From: Alphaproteobacteria bacterium
GTDB lineage: Bacteria > Pseudomonadota > Alphaproteobacteria > GCA-2731375
Length of the DNA stretch: 64,000 bases
Assembly (NCBI GenBank): GCA_965232515.1
Contig: CBDDPY010000002.1
Span: forward strand, 2,656,001-2,720,000
Reading direction: 5' to 3'
This document shows, in pieces, positions 17,569-26,968 of this stretch (positions are counted from its first letter, which is position 1; each line of letters begins with the position of its first letter). A program made the position numbers and the translations under genes. The notes beneath the pieces are model-generated. The model ran no database searches. It was not told the origin of the DNA and worked only from the letters and a program-made list of their open reading frames with translations.

Positions 17569-20500
17569 TGCGCCGCTTCGCGCAGGGGTTCCTCGGCGAC
17601 GGCCGGCCGCTCGGGATTGCGCGGCAGCAGTAGAGCGAGCAACGGCGGAATGATGGCGAGCGTGAGCACGGCCGAAAGCGTCAGGCCGCCGATAACCACG
17701 GTGCCGAGCCCGCGATAGAGCTCGGAGCCGGCGCCGGGGAACAGCGCCAGCGGCAGCAATCCGAAGATGCTGGTCAGGCTGGACATGAAGATCGGCCGGA
17801 TGCGGTTGCGGGTCGCGGCGACGATGGCGGCCGTCGACGGCATGCCGCCGCGGCTGTTCTGCAGGGCCTGATCGACCAGCAGGATGGCGTTGTTCACGAC
17901 GATGCCGATCAGGATCACGAAGCCGAGCATGGTCAGCATGTCGAGCGGCTGGATGGTCCAGATGTTAAGCAGCGTCAGCGCCAGCAGACCGCCGGCCGTG
18001 GCCAGCGGCACCGACAGCAGGATGATCAGCGGATAGACCAGGCTCTCGTAGAGCACGGCGATGACGAGGTAGACGATGAACACGGCGACCACGAGATTGA
18101 GCTGCAGCGCGTTCCAGGTCTTGGTCAGATTGTCGGCCGCCCCCGACAGCCGCAGCTTGATGCCGAGCGGCAGGCTCGCCTCCAACGGCGTCACGACCTG
18201 GTCGCGAATGAGCTGAACGGCGTCCTCCAGCGCCATGTGCTGCGGCGGCTTGACCTCGATGGACACCGAGCGCTCGCGTTCGCTGTGCACGATTTCCATC
18301 GGCCCCGTCGTAAGGCCGATGTCCGCCAGCGATCCCGCCGGCAGGACCTGACCGGTGCCGGTGACGATCGGCAGATTGCCGATGCCCTGGGTCGTGCGCA
18401 CCCGGTCTCGCGGGCCCATCAACACGATGTCGACGCGGCGGCTGCCGAGATTGACCTCGGTGACCTTGGCGCCGTCGTTCATCACATTGATGCTCTGCGC
18501 GAGATCGCGCGCGGTCAGGCCGGCATTGGCGAGGCGTCGCAGATCCGGCGCCACCCGAATTTCGGGCGCACCGAGCTCGAGCCCCGGCCGCACGCGTGTC
18601 TGCACGCCCGCGTCCGGTCCGAATGCGGCGCCCAGCATATCGTCGGCGCGACGCGCGGTATCCAGGATAGCGTCCATATCCGGCCCGGTGATGACCAGCT
18701 TGATCAGGCGCGCGCCGCCCATGCCGCGACCGAAGATCGAGCTTTGCGAGACAAAGACCCGGGTGCCGGGATCCATGACCACGGCGTCGCGCAGCACCGG
18801 CACCAATTCGCCGGCGCGGGAGATGTCGCGGCTGCTGGCGCCGACCATGGTGAAGTTGCGCAAGGCGACGAAGTAAAAGTTCGCGATACCAGGCGGCTCG
18901 TCGGGATCGGCCGCCGCGTCGGACGATGCATCGTCCGCCGGTTTCTCCCACAGCGGCTGCACCGCGGCCTCGATCCGCTCGGCGAGCGCAAAGGTGGTGT
19001 CGAGATTGTAGCCGGGCGGCGGCTGCAGCCGGGCGGCGACGAAGTTGCGGTTGCCGTCCGGCAGATAGTCGAGCTGAGGCATGAAGAGGTAGGTGGCCAG
19101 CGCCGCGCCGCCGCAGATTGCCGTGACCACGGCCAGGCAGGCGGCCCGGTTGCCGATCACCATACCGATCGCGGCGAGCGCGCCGCGCACGAAGAGCCCC
19201 GCCACGCTGTCGACCAGCGGCAGCCGGAATCTCCCGCCCTCGCCCGTGGCGGCGCGGTCGAGCAGGCGGTTGGCGAGCGCCGGGATCACGGTGACCGCGA
19301 CGATCAGCGACAGCAGCACCGAGACCGACAGCGCCACGGCGATATCGCGGAACAACTGGCCGGCCGGCAGTTCAAGCAGCAGGACCGGAATGAACACCAC
19401 GACCGTGGTGACGGCCGAGGCCAGGATCGCGCCCCAGACCTGACGCGCGCCCTGCAGCGCCGCCATGCGCGCCGGCGTGCCGTGCTGGCGCAGACGGAAG
19501 ACGTTCTCCAGCACGACAATGGCGGCGTCGACCACCATGCCGACCGCGAAGGCGATGCCGGCGAGCGAGATGACGTTGAGCGAGCGGCCGGCCAGCGCCA
19601 TGACGACGAAGGCGGCGATCACGGAGATCGGGATCGACAGCACGACCACGGCCGTCGCCCGCCAGGAGCGGAGGAACAGCAGCAGCACCAGCGCGGCGAG
19701 CCCGCCGCCGATCCAGATGTTCTGCTCGACCAATGCGATGGCGGAATCGATATAGACGGTCTCGTCGTAATAGAGACGCAGATCGAGGCCCTCGCGGGCC
19801 AGCAGCCCGGCGTTCATCTCGTCGACGGCACGGCGCACGCCGGTCATGGTCTCGATCACGTTGGCGCCGGTCTCGCGCACGACATTGAGACGGATCATCG
19901 GCTCGCCGTTGAGGCGCCGGTGACTGTTGGACTCGGCATAGGCCAGACGCACGTCGGCGACATCGTCGACGGTCACATCCGCCAACCGGCCGGTCTCTTC
20001 GTCGTAGGACGTTTGCAGCACGACGGCGCGGATCTGTTCGACCGACGCGGTCTCGGAATCGGTGCGCACCAGATAGCGGCGCTTGCCCTCGTCGACGGCG
20101 CCGGCCGACAGCGAGATGTTGGCGTCGCGCAGGCCCTGCATCACCTTGGGCACGGTCAGGCCGTAGCCGGCCATCACTTCCGGCGCGACGATCACCTGCA
20201 GCTCGCGACGGGTGCCGCCGGTGTTACTGACGCCGGAGACGCCGGGCACGCGCTGCAGCCGGTCGACGATGACGTCCTCGGCAAGCTCGCCATAGGCCTC
20301 GATGTCACGCGCGTTGCCGGGCTTGCGCGTCAGCGCCAGGCGGGCGATCGGCACATCCTCGGAACCCGACGTCCAAATCGACGGCCGGCCGGCATCGTCA
20401 GGCAGGTTCGTGACCTTGCCCAGCCGGTTCGAGACCAGCATGAAGGCCCGGTCCATGTTCTGGCCAATGCCGAAATACAGCGTCACGCTGCTGCGACCGA

Positions 20501-20756
20501 ACCGTGAGGAGCTGAACATGTGTCGCAGGCCTTTCAGGCCGGCCAGTTCCTCCTCGATGCGATTGGTGATCTCGCGCTCGATCTCGAGCGGCGCGGCGCC
20601 CGACCAGTGGGTCGTTATATACAGGACCGGCCGCCGCAGATCGGGCGTCAGCTGAATGGGAATTGTCTTCAAGGCGACCAAGCCCAAGGCGAGGATCATC
20701 AGCACCGCCGCCGTCACCACCATCGGCCGTTTGATCGCCAGTCCGATCAGATCCAT
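17565..20756 (-). CDS. RND efflux transporter permease (AcrB/AcrD/AcrF family)
   Basis: ~1063 aa; LNVISLAGIAFAVGMVVDAAIVVLEN, GIVVNNAILLVD, RIRPIFMSSLT. Confidence 0.95.
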   Translation of the reverse strand: MDLIGLAIKRPMVVTAAVLMILALGLVALKTIPIQLTPDLRRPVLYITTHWSGAAPLEIEREITNRIEEELAGLKGLRHMFSSSRFGRSSVTLYFGIGQNMDRAFMLVSNRLGKVTNLPDDAGRPSIWTSGSEDVPIARLALTRKPGNARDIEAYGELAEDVIVDRLQRVPGVSGVSNTGGTRRELQVIVAPEVMAGYGLTVPKVMQGLRDANISLSAGAVDEGKRRYLVRTDSETASVEQIRAVVLQTSYDEETGRLADVTVDDVADVRLAYAESNSHRRLNGEPMIRLNVVRETGANVIETMTGVRRAVDEMNAGLLAREGLDLRLYYDETVYIDSAIALVEQNIWIGGGLAALVLLLFLRSWRATAVVVLSIPISVIAAFVVMALAGRSLNVISLAGIAFAVGMVVDAAIVVLENVFRLRQHGTPARMAALQGARQVWGAILASAVTTVVVFIPVLLLELPAGQLFRDIAVALSVSVLLSLIVAVTVIPALANRLLDRAATGEGGRFRLPLVDSVAGLFVRGALAAIGMVIGNRAACLAVVTAICGGAALATYLFMPQLDYLPDGNRNFVAARLQPPPGYNLDTTFALAERIEAAVQPLWEKPADDASSDAAADPDEPPGIANFYFVALRNFTMVGASSRDISRAGELVPVLRDAVVMDPGTRVFVSQSSIFGRGMGGARLIKLVITGPDMDAILDTARRADDMLGAAFGPDAGVQTRVRPGLELGAPEIRVAPDLRRLANAGLTARDLAQSINVMNDGAKVTEVNLGSRRVDIVLMGPRDRVRTTQGIGNLPIVTGTGQVLPAGSLADIGLTTGPMEIVHSERERSVSIEVKPPQHMALEDAVQLIRDQVVTPLEASLPLGIKLRLSGAADNLTKTWNALQLNLVVAVFIVYLVIAVLYESLVYPLIILLSVPLATAGGLLALTLLNIWTIQPLDMLTMLGFVILIGIVVNNAILLVDQALQNSRGGMPSTAAIVAATRNRIRPIFMSSLTSIFGLLPLALFPGAGSELYRGLGTVVIGGLTLSAVLTLAIIPPLLALLLPRNPERPAVAEEPLREAAQ

Positions 20757-20901
20757 CAAACCATGCCCACGCCGCGCCGGCGCCAGCGCCCGGCAGCCCG
20801 ACCATCATACGGCTCCCAACGCTGACGCAACATCGTTGATGCGCGAGTGTTTCAGCAGATTATGGTTAAAATCCGGCGGAATGCCCCAGCATTTGCGACG
20901 G

Positions 20902-22206
20902 TCAGAGGGCGATGTGCTGGGGGGTGTCGATCCGGATGGTCTCGACGGCGGTGACAGCCGCATCGTTCCGCCGCAGCCGCTGCGGCGGAAACCGCAAGGT
21001 GATGGCGGTGCCGCGCCCGCGCACGCTGTCGATCAGCAGGCGGCCGCCGTGCAGCTCGATCAGGCGCCGGGTCATGGGCAGGCCGAGCCCGAAGCCGTCG
21101 ACCTTGGCGTCGGAGTCGCGCCTGATCCGGCCGAACGGCTGGAGCGCCGACCGCGCTTCCTCGAAGGTCATGCCGGGACCGTTGTCGGACACGGTGAGAT
21201 CGAGCCCGCCCTCGGCATTCAACCGCGCCTGCAGCGTGACGCGCCCGCCGGCGGGCGTGAACTTCACCGCATTGCCAAGCAAATTCAGCAGCATCTGCTG
21301 CAATCGCAGCCGATCCGCCTGCAGGTCGTAGAGAAAATTGCTGGGTTCGATTTCGACCGCGACGCTCGTCTTCGCCGCGCATTGCAGCAGGAGTTTCTTC
21401 ACCTCGCCGGCGACGTCCGTCAGGCTCACCCAGTCATTCTGCAACTCGATGTCGCCATTGCGCAGACTGGCGGCGTCCAGCGTGCGTTGCGCCAGCTCGC
21501 AGACATAGCGGCCCATGTCGCCGATCTGAAGCGCGCTGTGGCGCGAGCGGCAAGGCTCGTCCTTGTCGCTGGTCAGGCGTTCGATCACCTCGGCGTGGCC
21601 GACAATGGCCGACAACGGCGTCAAGATTTCGTGCGCGAGATGCGCCACCGTCTCCTCCAGCGTTACGTCCGTCTTGCCGGATGCCGACGTCTCGACGGCC
21701 GGCGACGGCGGTTGCCGGCGCGCTTCGAGGCGCTCCATCACGAGCGCGGCGAAGGCGATCAGGTCTTCTTCCTGTGACGGCGAAAAGCCGATCCATGGCT
21801 TGTCGTCGATCAAGCAGAGGGTGCCCAGCCTGAAGCCGTCGGCGTTGATCAACGGCGCGCCGGCATAGAAGCGGATATGCGGCGCGCCGGTGACAAACGG
21901 ATTGTCGCGGAATCGCGGATCGCAGGTGGCGTCGCAAACCACCAGCGGCCGGGTCCCGAGGATGGCATGCGCACAGAATGCCGTCTCGCGCGGCGTCTCA
22001 GCGATATCGATGCCGACCCGCGACTTGAACCATTGCCGCGCCTCGTCGACCAGCGAGACCAGCACCATCGGGACGTTGAAGTGCCTGGCGACGAGCCGGG
22101 TTACGTCGTCGAACGCCTGCTCGGGCGCCGAATCCAGCACCTGATAAGAACGCAACGCGACAAGACGTTGTGCTTCGTTGTAGGGAACGGGGGCTTTTTC
22201 GGACAT
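20902..22206 (-). CDS. GAF-domain sensor histidine kinase
   Basis: NEAQRLVAL..FCAHAI..DPRFRDNP..IRFYAGAPL (GAF); HEILTPL (HisKA); NLLGNAVKFT, DNGPG, GFGLGL (HATPase). Confidence 0.93.
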   Translation of the reverse strand: MSEKAPVPYNEAQRLVALRSYQVLDSAPEQAFDDVTRLVARHFNVPMVLVSLVDEARQWFKSRVGIDIAETPRETAFCAHAILGTRPLVVCDATCDPRFRDNPFVTGAPHIRFYAGAPLINADGFRLGTLCLIDDKPWIGFSPSQEEDLIAFAALVMERLEARRQPPSPAVETSASGKTDVTLEETVAHLAHEILTPLSAIVGHAEVIERLTSDKDEPCRSRHSALQIGDMGRYVCELAQRTLDAASLRNGDIELQNDWVSLTDVAGEVKKLLLQCAAKTSVAVEIEPSNFLYDLQADRLRLQQMLLNLLGNAVKFTPAGGRVTLQARLNAEGGLDLTVSDNGPGMTFEEARSALQPFGRIRRDSDAKVDGFGLGLPMTRRLIELHGGRLLIDSVRGRGTAITLRFPPQRLRRNDAAVTAVETIRIDTPQHIAL

Positions 22207-22260
22207 GGGACGCCCAATCTCGACGCAACCCCCAGTAAGCAAACAATTAAGAAACAATAG

Positions 22261-22276
22261 TTAATGAACTGTTAAC
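22261..22276. promoter_or_regulatory. CtrA box TTAA-N7-TTAAC
   Basis: TTAATGAACTGTTAAC, 55 bp upstream of the GAF kinase start. Confidence 0.75.
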
Positions 22277-22488
22277 GACAAAGTAACGTGTGTCGAAAAT
22301 CAATTAATAGATGTGTTTCTTAAAGAACAAATAGCGCGTGACTTACCCGACAAGCAGGCGTTTTTGGATGCCCGATCGAGCCGAAGCACGGCCAATTCGT
22401 CCCAGCATTAGGTCTTCTCGACCGCCGCGGGCGCATCGGACCGACGGATTGCGTTGGCGCGCCCAGATCCTAACCGAGCGATAGACAG

Positions 22489-22520
22489 AAAAAGAGGGCG
22501 GCGCCCTTCCGGCGCCGCCC
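22489..22520 (-). terminator. Rho-independent terminator of the 22543-23031 gene
   Basis: Minus strand GGGCGGCGCC-GGAAG-GGCGCCGCCC followed by TCTTTTT. Confidence 0.75.
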
Positions 22521-22542
22521 GATGTTTCCGTTGTCGCGCAGC

Positions 22543-23031
22543 CTAGGACTGGGCGCCGTCCCACTTGGCCTTGAACGCGGACCAGGCGGTTTCGAACTCG
22601 GCGCGCGCCGATGTCCAGTTTGCCGACGGCGCGGTCGACAGCGTGTCGAATTTGCCGTTGACGTCGTTCCAGGCGATTTGCAGCTGTTCCTTGACCTGCA
22701 GCGAGGCGCTCTTGTCGCGGCCGAGGTCCATGAAGGTATCGACCTTGGCGTTCCAGTTGCCGAGCCGTTCGCCGGTCATCGCCACATACTGGCTCTGGCC
22801 GGTTGCCGCGGTGACCGGCAGATCGTTCGGCCAATGCGGCTGCGGCACCGACCGGCCGAGCGCGCCGGCCGGCGGCGTGCTGCCGTAGTGCAGCGGCAGC
22901 GTCGACTCGGATTTCGTTTCGACAGCAGTGCCGCCGAGCGAGCCCGCCGGCGGCGTGCTCTGCGCCAGAACGGGTGCTGCGAACAGGAATGACACGGTGG
23001 CGGCGGCAAGTACGGTAGGACGTGTGATCAT
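22543..23031 (-). CDS. Hypothetical secreted protein
   Basis: SD GAGAGGG; signal peptide ending APVLA; repeated STPPAG[S/A]LG; Trp-studded amphipathic C-terminal helices; own terminator. Confidence 0.75.
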   Translation of the reverse strand: MITRPTVLAAATVSFLFAAPVLAQSTPPAGSLGGTAVETKSESTLPLHYGSTPPAGALGRSVPQPHWPNDLPVTAATGQSQYVAMTGERLGNWNAKVDTFMDLGRDKSASLQVKEQLQIAWNDVNGKFDTLSTAPSANWTSARAEFETAWSAFKAKWDGAQS

Positions 23032-23264
23032 CTGACCCTCTCGATGCGTGTCCCCCACTCCTGCTCGCCGAGATATTCGATCCGTTTTCGAATTAAAGGG
23101 GTTGGGCGATCACATTTCGCCGCAAATTCGCCGCTGCGAACGCAGCGCGATTTTTGGCGATGACTTGTTCACCTCCAGGGCAGGAGAATCTCGGAATAAC
23201 TAACCACGCGATGCCGTCTCATGACCCACCACAGCCGTCCGGAAGATTGGTGTTCCGGCCGCAA

Positions 23265-23879
23265 TCAGCCCTCGCCAAACCGTGCCGCGGCAAAGGCCGA
23301 CAACAGCTCGCAGCGTTCGGCGTGCACGCGGAGGTTGGCATAGGCCCCTGCTGAAAACAGATCGGGCAGCTTGTGGCTGATGTAGGTGATGGTGACGGCG
23401 GTGGTGATGTCGGCCTGGGTCATGGCGTCGCCGTGCAGCCAGGGACCGGCGGCGCGGGCTTCGAGCCAGGCGAGCGCGGCGGCGATCTGGCCGGCGAGGC
23501 GCGCGGCCTGGCCGGGATCGCGCTTGTCTGGCGGACGGCGCACGGTCTCGCCGCGGTAGGCGACGCACTTGCTGGCGAGGCCGGCGGCGACGGCGGTCAG
23601 GCGCAGGACGGCCCGGCGGTCCGGGCCCGCCGCCGGGGTCAGCGACCGCTCAGGGCCCGCCCGCTCGTCGAGATAATCGAGAATCGCGGCGCTGTCGAAC
23701 AGCGTCTCGCCACCGTCCAGCCGCAGCGCCGGCACCTGGCCGAGCGGGTTGACCGCGCGCACCGCGTCGGCGTCGGCGAACACCGACAGGACCTGCCGCT
23801 CGAACGGCATGCCGTAGTGGTGGAGCGTGACGGCGACGCGCCGCACGAAGGGCGAGTCGTACTGGCCGACGAGGATCAT
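23265..23879 (-). CDS. Glutathione S-transferase family protein
   Basis: MILVGQYDSPFVRRV, NPLGQVPAL, LFDSAAILDYLD, TQADI. Confidence 0.93.
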   Translation of the reverse strand: MILVGQYDSPFVRRVAVTLHHYGMPFERQVLSVFADADAVRAVNPLGQVPALRLDGGETLFDSAAILDYLDERAGPERSLTPAAGPDRRAVLRLTAVAAGLASKCVAYRGETVRRPPDKRDPGQAARLAGQIAAALAWLEARAAGPWLHGDAMTQADITTAVTITYISHKLPDLFSAGAYANLRVHAERCELLSAFAAARFGEG

Positions 23880-23947
23880 GCGCGGCTTCGCGGTTGTTTG
23901 GGTTGGGAGGGTAGCATTGTTGGTCGCGATGAGGCGGCGCCGTGACC

Positions 23948-24207
23948 AAAAAACCAACACCTGCGACGGCACCCGGCCCCCGTCCGGGAGGTTGGACGGG
24001 GGCCGGCGCCAGGCTTGGCGCGTGGACGCCTCCGAGGGCTGCGTCCAGCCTCCCGCACCGGGGGCCTGGGCCCGCAGCGGTTGCGGCGCGGTCAGTGCCG
24101 GAAGGACGGGATACGCATCAGACCGGCAGGGCAGTGAACCGCGCCAGGGTCAGCAGTAACGGCGCGATGCTTCCGGCGGATGTCTGCCGATGACAGATTT
24201 GTTGCAA
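23948..24207. ncRNA. Candidate structured RNA / cis-regulatory element (unclassified)
   Basis: Dense set of hairpins in a ~390-nt intergenic gap, including a perfect 13-bp stem (23973-24006) and alternative pairings; no family recognised. Confidence 0.35.
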
Positions 24208-24265
24208 TTGTGTCGTCGTCGCGCGCAGCCGCGGGGCGCGCCGGAACCCGGGCCGCCGCCCGATC

Positions 24266-24943
24266 TCAGGATGACTGGTCGGCGCGGACGTGGTTTTCCT
24301 GATGGTGCAGGCAGGCGGCGATCATCTGCCGGTGATCGAACCGGTCGGCGGCCGCCGGCGTCAGGCGCAGCACCCAGTCCGTGCCGGCCATCAGCTTCAG
24401 CATGAAGCCGCGCAGACCGGTGTGGGTGATCGGCGCCTTGCTGCGCTCGCGGGCGAGGCTGGCGAGCGGCGGCTGGTCCTTGTCCTTGGGGTCGGCGACG
24501 AAGACGTAGGCGCCGGTGACGTTGCCGAGCGCCTGGCCGATATAGCGCTCGGTCCAGGGCGCGGGATCGATCAGCACGGCCTGCTCGATGCCATCCGCGT
24601 GGCGCAGGCTGCAGTAGCGGTTGCCGAAACCGGTCTGCATCCTGGCCTGACCGATCAACTCGCCGTCTGCGTCCACAGCCGTGTAGTCGAAGGCCATGAT
24701 CCTGCGGTTCGGACAGAAGCGGAAGGCGACCGGTCCCGCCTCGCCGGCATGGAACGCGGTTTCCTTGCCGTGACCGTAGCCGATGGTGTCGCAGCTGAAG
24801 ATCGCGATGCCGTCCTCGCCGACGATGCGGTAGCTGTTGGTGTAGCCCTTCGGCTTGCCGCGCTGGTCGTAGTGGCGAACGAAGCGGTAGCTCGGCCCGC
24901 CGACAAAAATACTGGCGTTGGCGCCGCGGAAGCTGGCCGTCAT
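24266..24943 (-). CDS. Hypothetical protein (possibly LURP-one/tubby C-terminal-like)
   Basis: Host-like codon usage; beta-rich pattern ending in a DHRQMIAACL helix. Confidence 0.65.
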   Translation of the reverse strand: MTASFRGANASIFVGGPSYRFVRHYDQRGKPKGYTNSYRIVGEDGIAIFSCDTIGYGHGKETAFHAGEAGPVAFRFCPNRRIMAFDYTAVDADGELIGQARMQTGFGNRYCSLRHADGIEQAVLIDPAPWTERYIGQALGNVTGAYVFVADPKDKDQPPLASLARERSKAPITHTGLRGFMLKLMAGTDWVLRLTPAAADRFDHRQMIAACLHHQENHVRADQSS

Positions 24944-25031
24944 TTTGCCGCACCCATTGCTTTGGGATAGTGAACTTTGCGGCCGGACGGTAGGTTGAAA
25001 TGGTGAACAGATAGCTTACGGGGGTAGGGAC

Positions 25032-25412
25032 ATGGCGGAATCCGACGATATCGAGTTTCAGCGTGCGACGCCGGTGCTGCGGTCGGCCGACTACATGCGC
25101 TCGCGGGCGTTCTATGCCGACAAGCTGGGCTTTGCCGTGGTCGAGGAAGGCGGCACGCCGCCGCGATTCGGCATCTTTGCGCGCGGGCGCGCGGTGTTGT
25201 TCGTCGACGCCTGGAACGGTCCGCCCGCGCCGACGTCAGGCGGCTGGCAGGCTTATGTGCATGTCGACGACGTCGACGCGCAATGCGCGGCCTGCCGCGC
25301 GGCCGGTGTCGAGATCACGCGCGACGTCAGCGACACGGTCTACGGCATGCGCGAATTCGAGATCGCCGATCCCGACGGCAACGTCATCTGCTTCGGCATG
25401 GACAGCGGATAG
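25032..25412 (+). CDS. VOC family protein
   Basis: PVLRSAD..RAFYADKLGF...YGMREFEIADPDGNVICFG. Confidence 0.9.
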   Translation: MAESDDIEFQRATPVLRSADYMRSRAFYADKLGFAVVEEGGTPPRFGIFARGRAVLFVDAWNGPPAPTSGGWQAYVHVDDVDAQCAACRAAGVEITRDVSDTVYGMREFEIADPDGNVICFGMDSG

Positions 25413-25577
25413 CGGTTGTCGGCGGTGATGCCGGCGCTCGCCCCCTGCCCGGTCACCGAATTGACTCAGCCCGTGTTAAGGGTGTGACGGGGCGATTTCT
25501 CTCTCTGTCCGCGCACGCGTTTCCTCTAGTCTCCGCCGCTGAATTTTTTCCGACCACGGCGTAGGACAGGGGGAAAC

Positions 25578-25991
25578 ATGACATTTCGGCGCAGAACCCG
25601 CGCGCTTGCCGCGTGGCTGGCGGCTTGGCTGTTCCTGGCCTCGGGCCCGCTGCAGACGGCGCAGGCCGGCATGGTGCCGACCGACGAGATCCTGGCCGAG
25701 GAGACGGCGAACGCCGATCGGGAACGCGTGATGCAGTTCCTGACCCGCGACGACGTGCGCCAGCAGCTCGAGGCCATGGGCATCGATCCGGCCGAGGCGC
25801 GGTCGCGCGCCGGCGCGCTGTCGGACGCCGACATCGCCCAGATCGCGACGCACCTGAAAGACGACCCGGCCGGCCAGAGCGCGGTCGGCGCGGTGGTCGG
25901 CGCGGCCGTCGTGATCTTCCTGGTGCTGCTGATCACGGACCTGCTGTGCTTGACCAAGGTGTTTCCGTTCACCCGCTGCGCGGCGCGCTGA
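25578..25991 (+). CDS. PA2779 family protein
   Basis: Signal peptide AQA|GMVPT, L.RDDVRQQLEAMGIDP..A..R..ALSD.DI, PAG followed by hydrophobic tail VIFLVLLITDLL. Confidence 0.85.
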   Translation: MTFRRRTRALAAWLAAWLFLASGPLQTAQAGMVPTDEILAEETANADRERVMQFLTRDDVRQQLEAMGIDPAEARSRAGALSDADIAQIATHLKDDPAGQSAVGAVVGAAVVIFLVLLITDLLCLTKVFPFTRCAAR

Positions 25992-26917
25992 TGCGCGCGC
26001 TCGTCACCGCGGCCCTGCTGCTGCTCGGCCTTGCCGCCTGTACGGCGCCGCGGACGGCTGAGTTGCTGGCGGCCGGCGACGGCCTGCCGGCGCGGGCCGA
26101 GGTGGCGAACGTGCCGTTCTATGCGCAGGACGAGTATCAATGCGGGCCGGCGGCGCTCGCCATGGCCGCGACCTGGGCCGGCCAGCCGGTGACGCCGGAC
26201 GAGCTGGTGCCCCAGGTCTATACGCCGTCGCGCGAGGGCACGCTGCGCAGCGACATGCTGGCCGCGGCCCGGCGGCAGGGCCGGCTGGCGACGCCGGTCG
26301 ACGGTCTGCGGAACCTGCTGGCCGAGATCGCCGCCGGCCACCCGGTCGTGGTGTTCCAGAACCTGGGCTTCGACTGGTATCCGCAATGGCATTACGCCGT
26401 CGCCATTGGCTACGACCTCGACGCGCAGCAGATCGTGCTGCATTCCGGTCTGACGGAACGCCAGCGCCTCGATCTCTCGACCTTCGAGCGGACCTGGGAA
26501 CGCGGCAGCAACTGGGCGCTGGTGGTGCTGCCGCCGGACCGGCTGCCGGCGACGGCGCGCGCGGCGACGGTGCTGACGGCGGCGATCGGCCTGGAGCGGG
26601 CGGAGCGCCTTGCGGAGGCCGCCGAGGCCTACCGCGCCATCGCCCGGCGCTGGCCCGACAGCTTCACCGCGCGCATGGGGCTCGGCAACGCGCTGTTCGG
26701 CCAGGACGACTTCGCCGGCGCCGTCAGCGCCTTCCAGGACGCGATCGCGGAGCGGCCGACCTCGGCCGCGGCCTGGAACAACCTCGCCTACGCGCTCGCC
26801 AAGCAGGGCTACTACGCCCGCGCCCGCCAGGCCGCCGAACAGGCCGCGCGGCTGTCGCCGGTGCGGGCGGGCGAGGTACAGGAGGGCGTGCAAGAGGCCT
26901 CGGACAAGACACTGTAG
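25991..26917 (+). CDS. PA2778 family C39-like cysteine peptidase with TPR (lipoprotein)
   Basis: Lipobox LAAC; VPFYAQDEYQCGPAALAM (catalytic Cys), WHYAVAIGYD (His/Asp), TPR ending AWNNLAYAL; TGATG coupling to PA2779. Confidence 0.88.
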   Translation: MRALVTAALLLLGLAACTAPRTAELLAAGDGLPARAEVANVPFYAQDEYQCGPAALAMAATWAGQPVTPDELVPQVYTPSREGTLRSDMLAAARRQGRLATPVDGLRNLLAEIAAGHPVVVFQNLGFDWYPQWHYAVAIGYDLDAQQIVLHSGLTERQRLDLSTFERTWERGSNWALVVLPPDRLPATARAATVLTAAIGLERAERLAEAAEAYRAIARRWPDSFTARMGLGNALFGQDDFAGAVSAFQDAIAERPTSAAAWNNLAYALAKQGYYARARQAAEQAARLSPVRAGEVQEGVQEASDKTL

Positions 26918-26968
26918 CGGCTAGCCCGTGAACATTGGCCGCCGCCAGGCCGGCGCGGCGCGGTCGCC

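Noticed and set aside
23986-24110. SRP RNA (ffs): ends GGGAGGTTGG...CCAGCCTCCC and a nearby GTCAGTGCCGGAAGGA resemble alphaproteobacterial 4.5S RNA
   Set aside because: The domain IV motif (CAGG..GGAA..AGCAG) is not inside the closing helix and lacks the AGCAG half; the enclosed length is too short
24118-24207. Minus-strand 29-aa TTG-start ORF containing LLLTL, like a Leu attenuator leader
   Set aside because: No SD, the downstream gene is a GST rather than a branched-chain amino acid gene, and the hairpin is not directly followed by a U-tract
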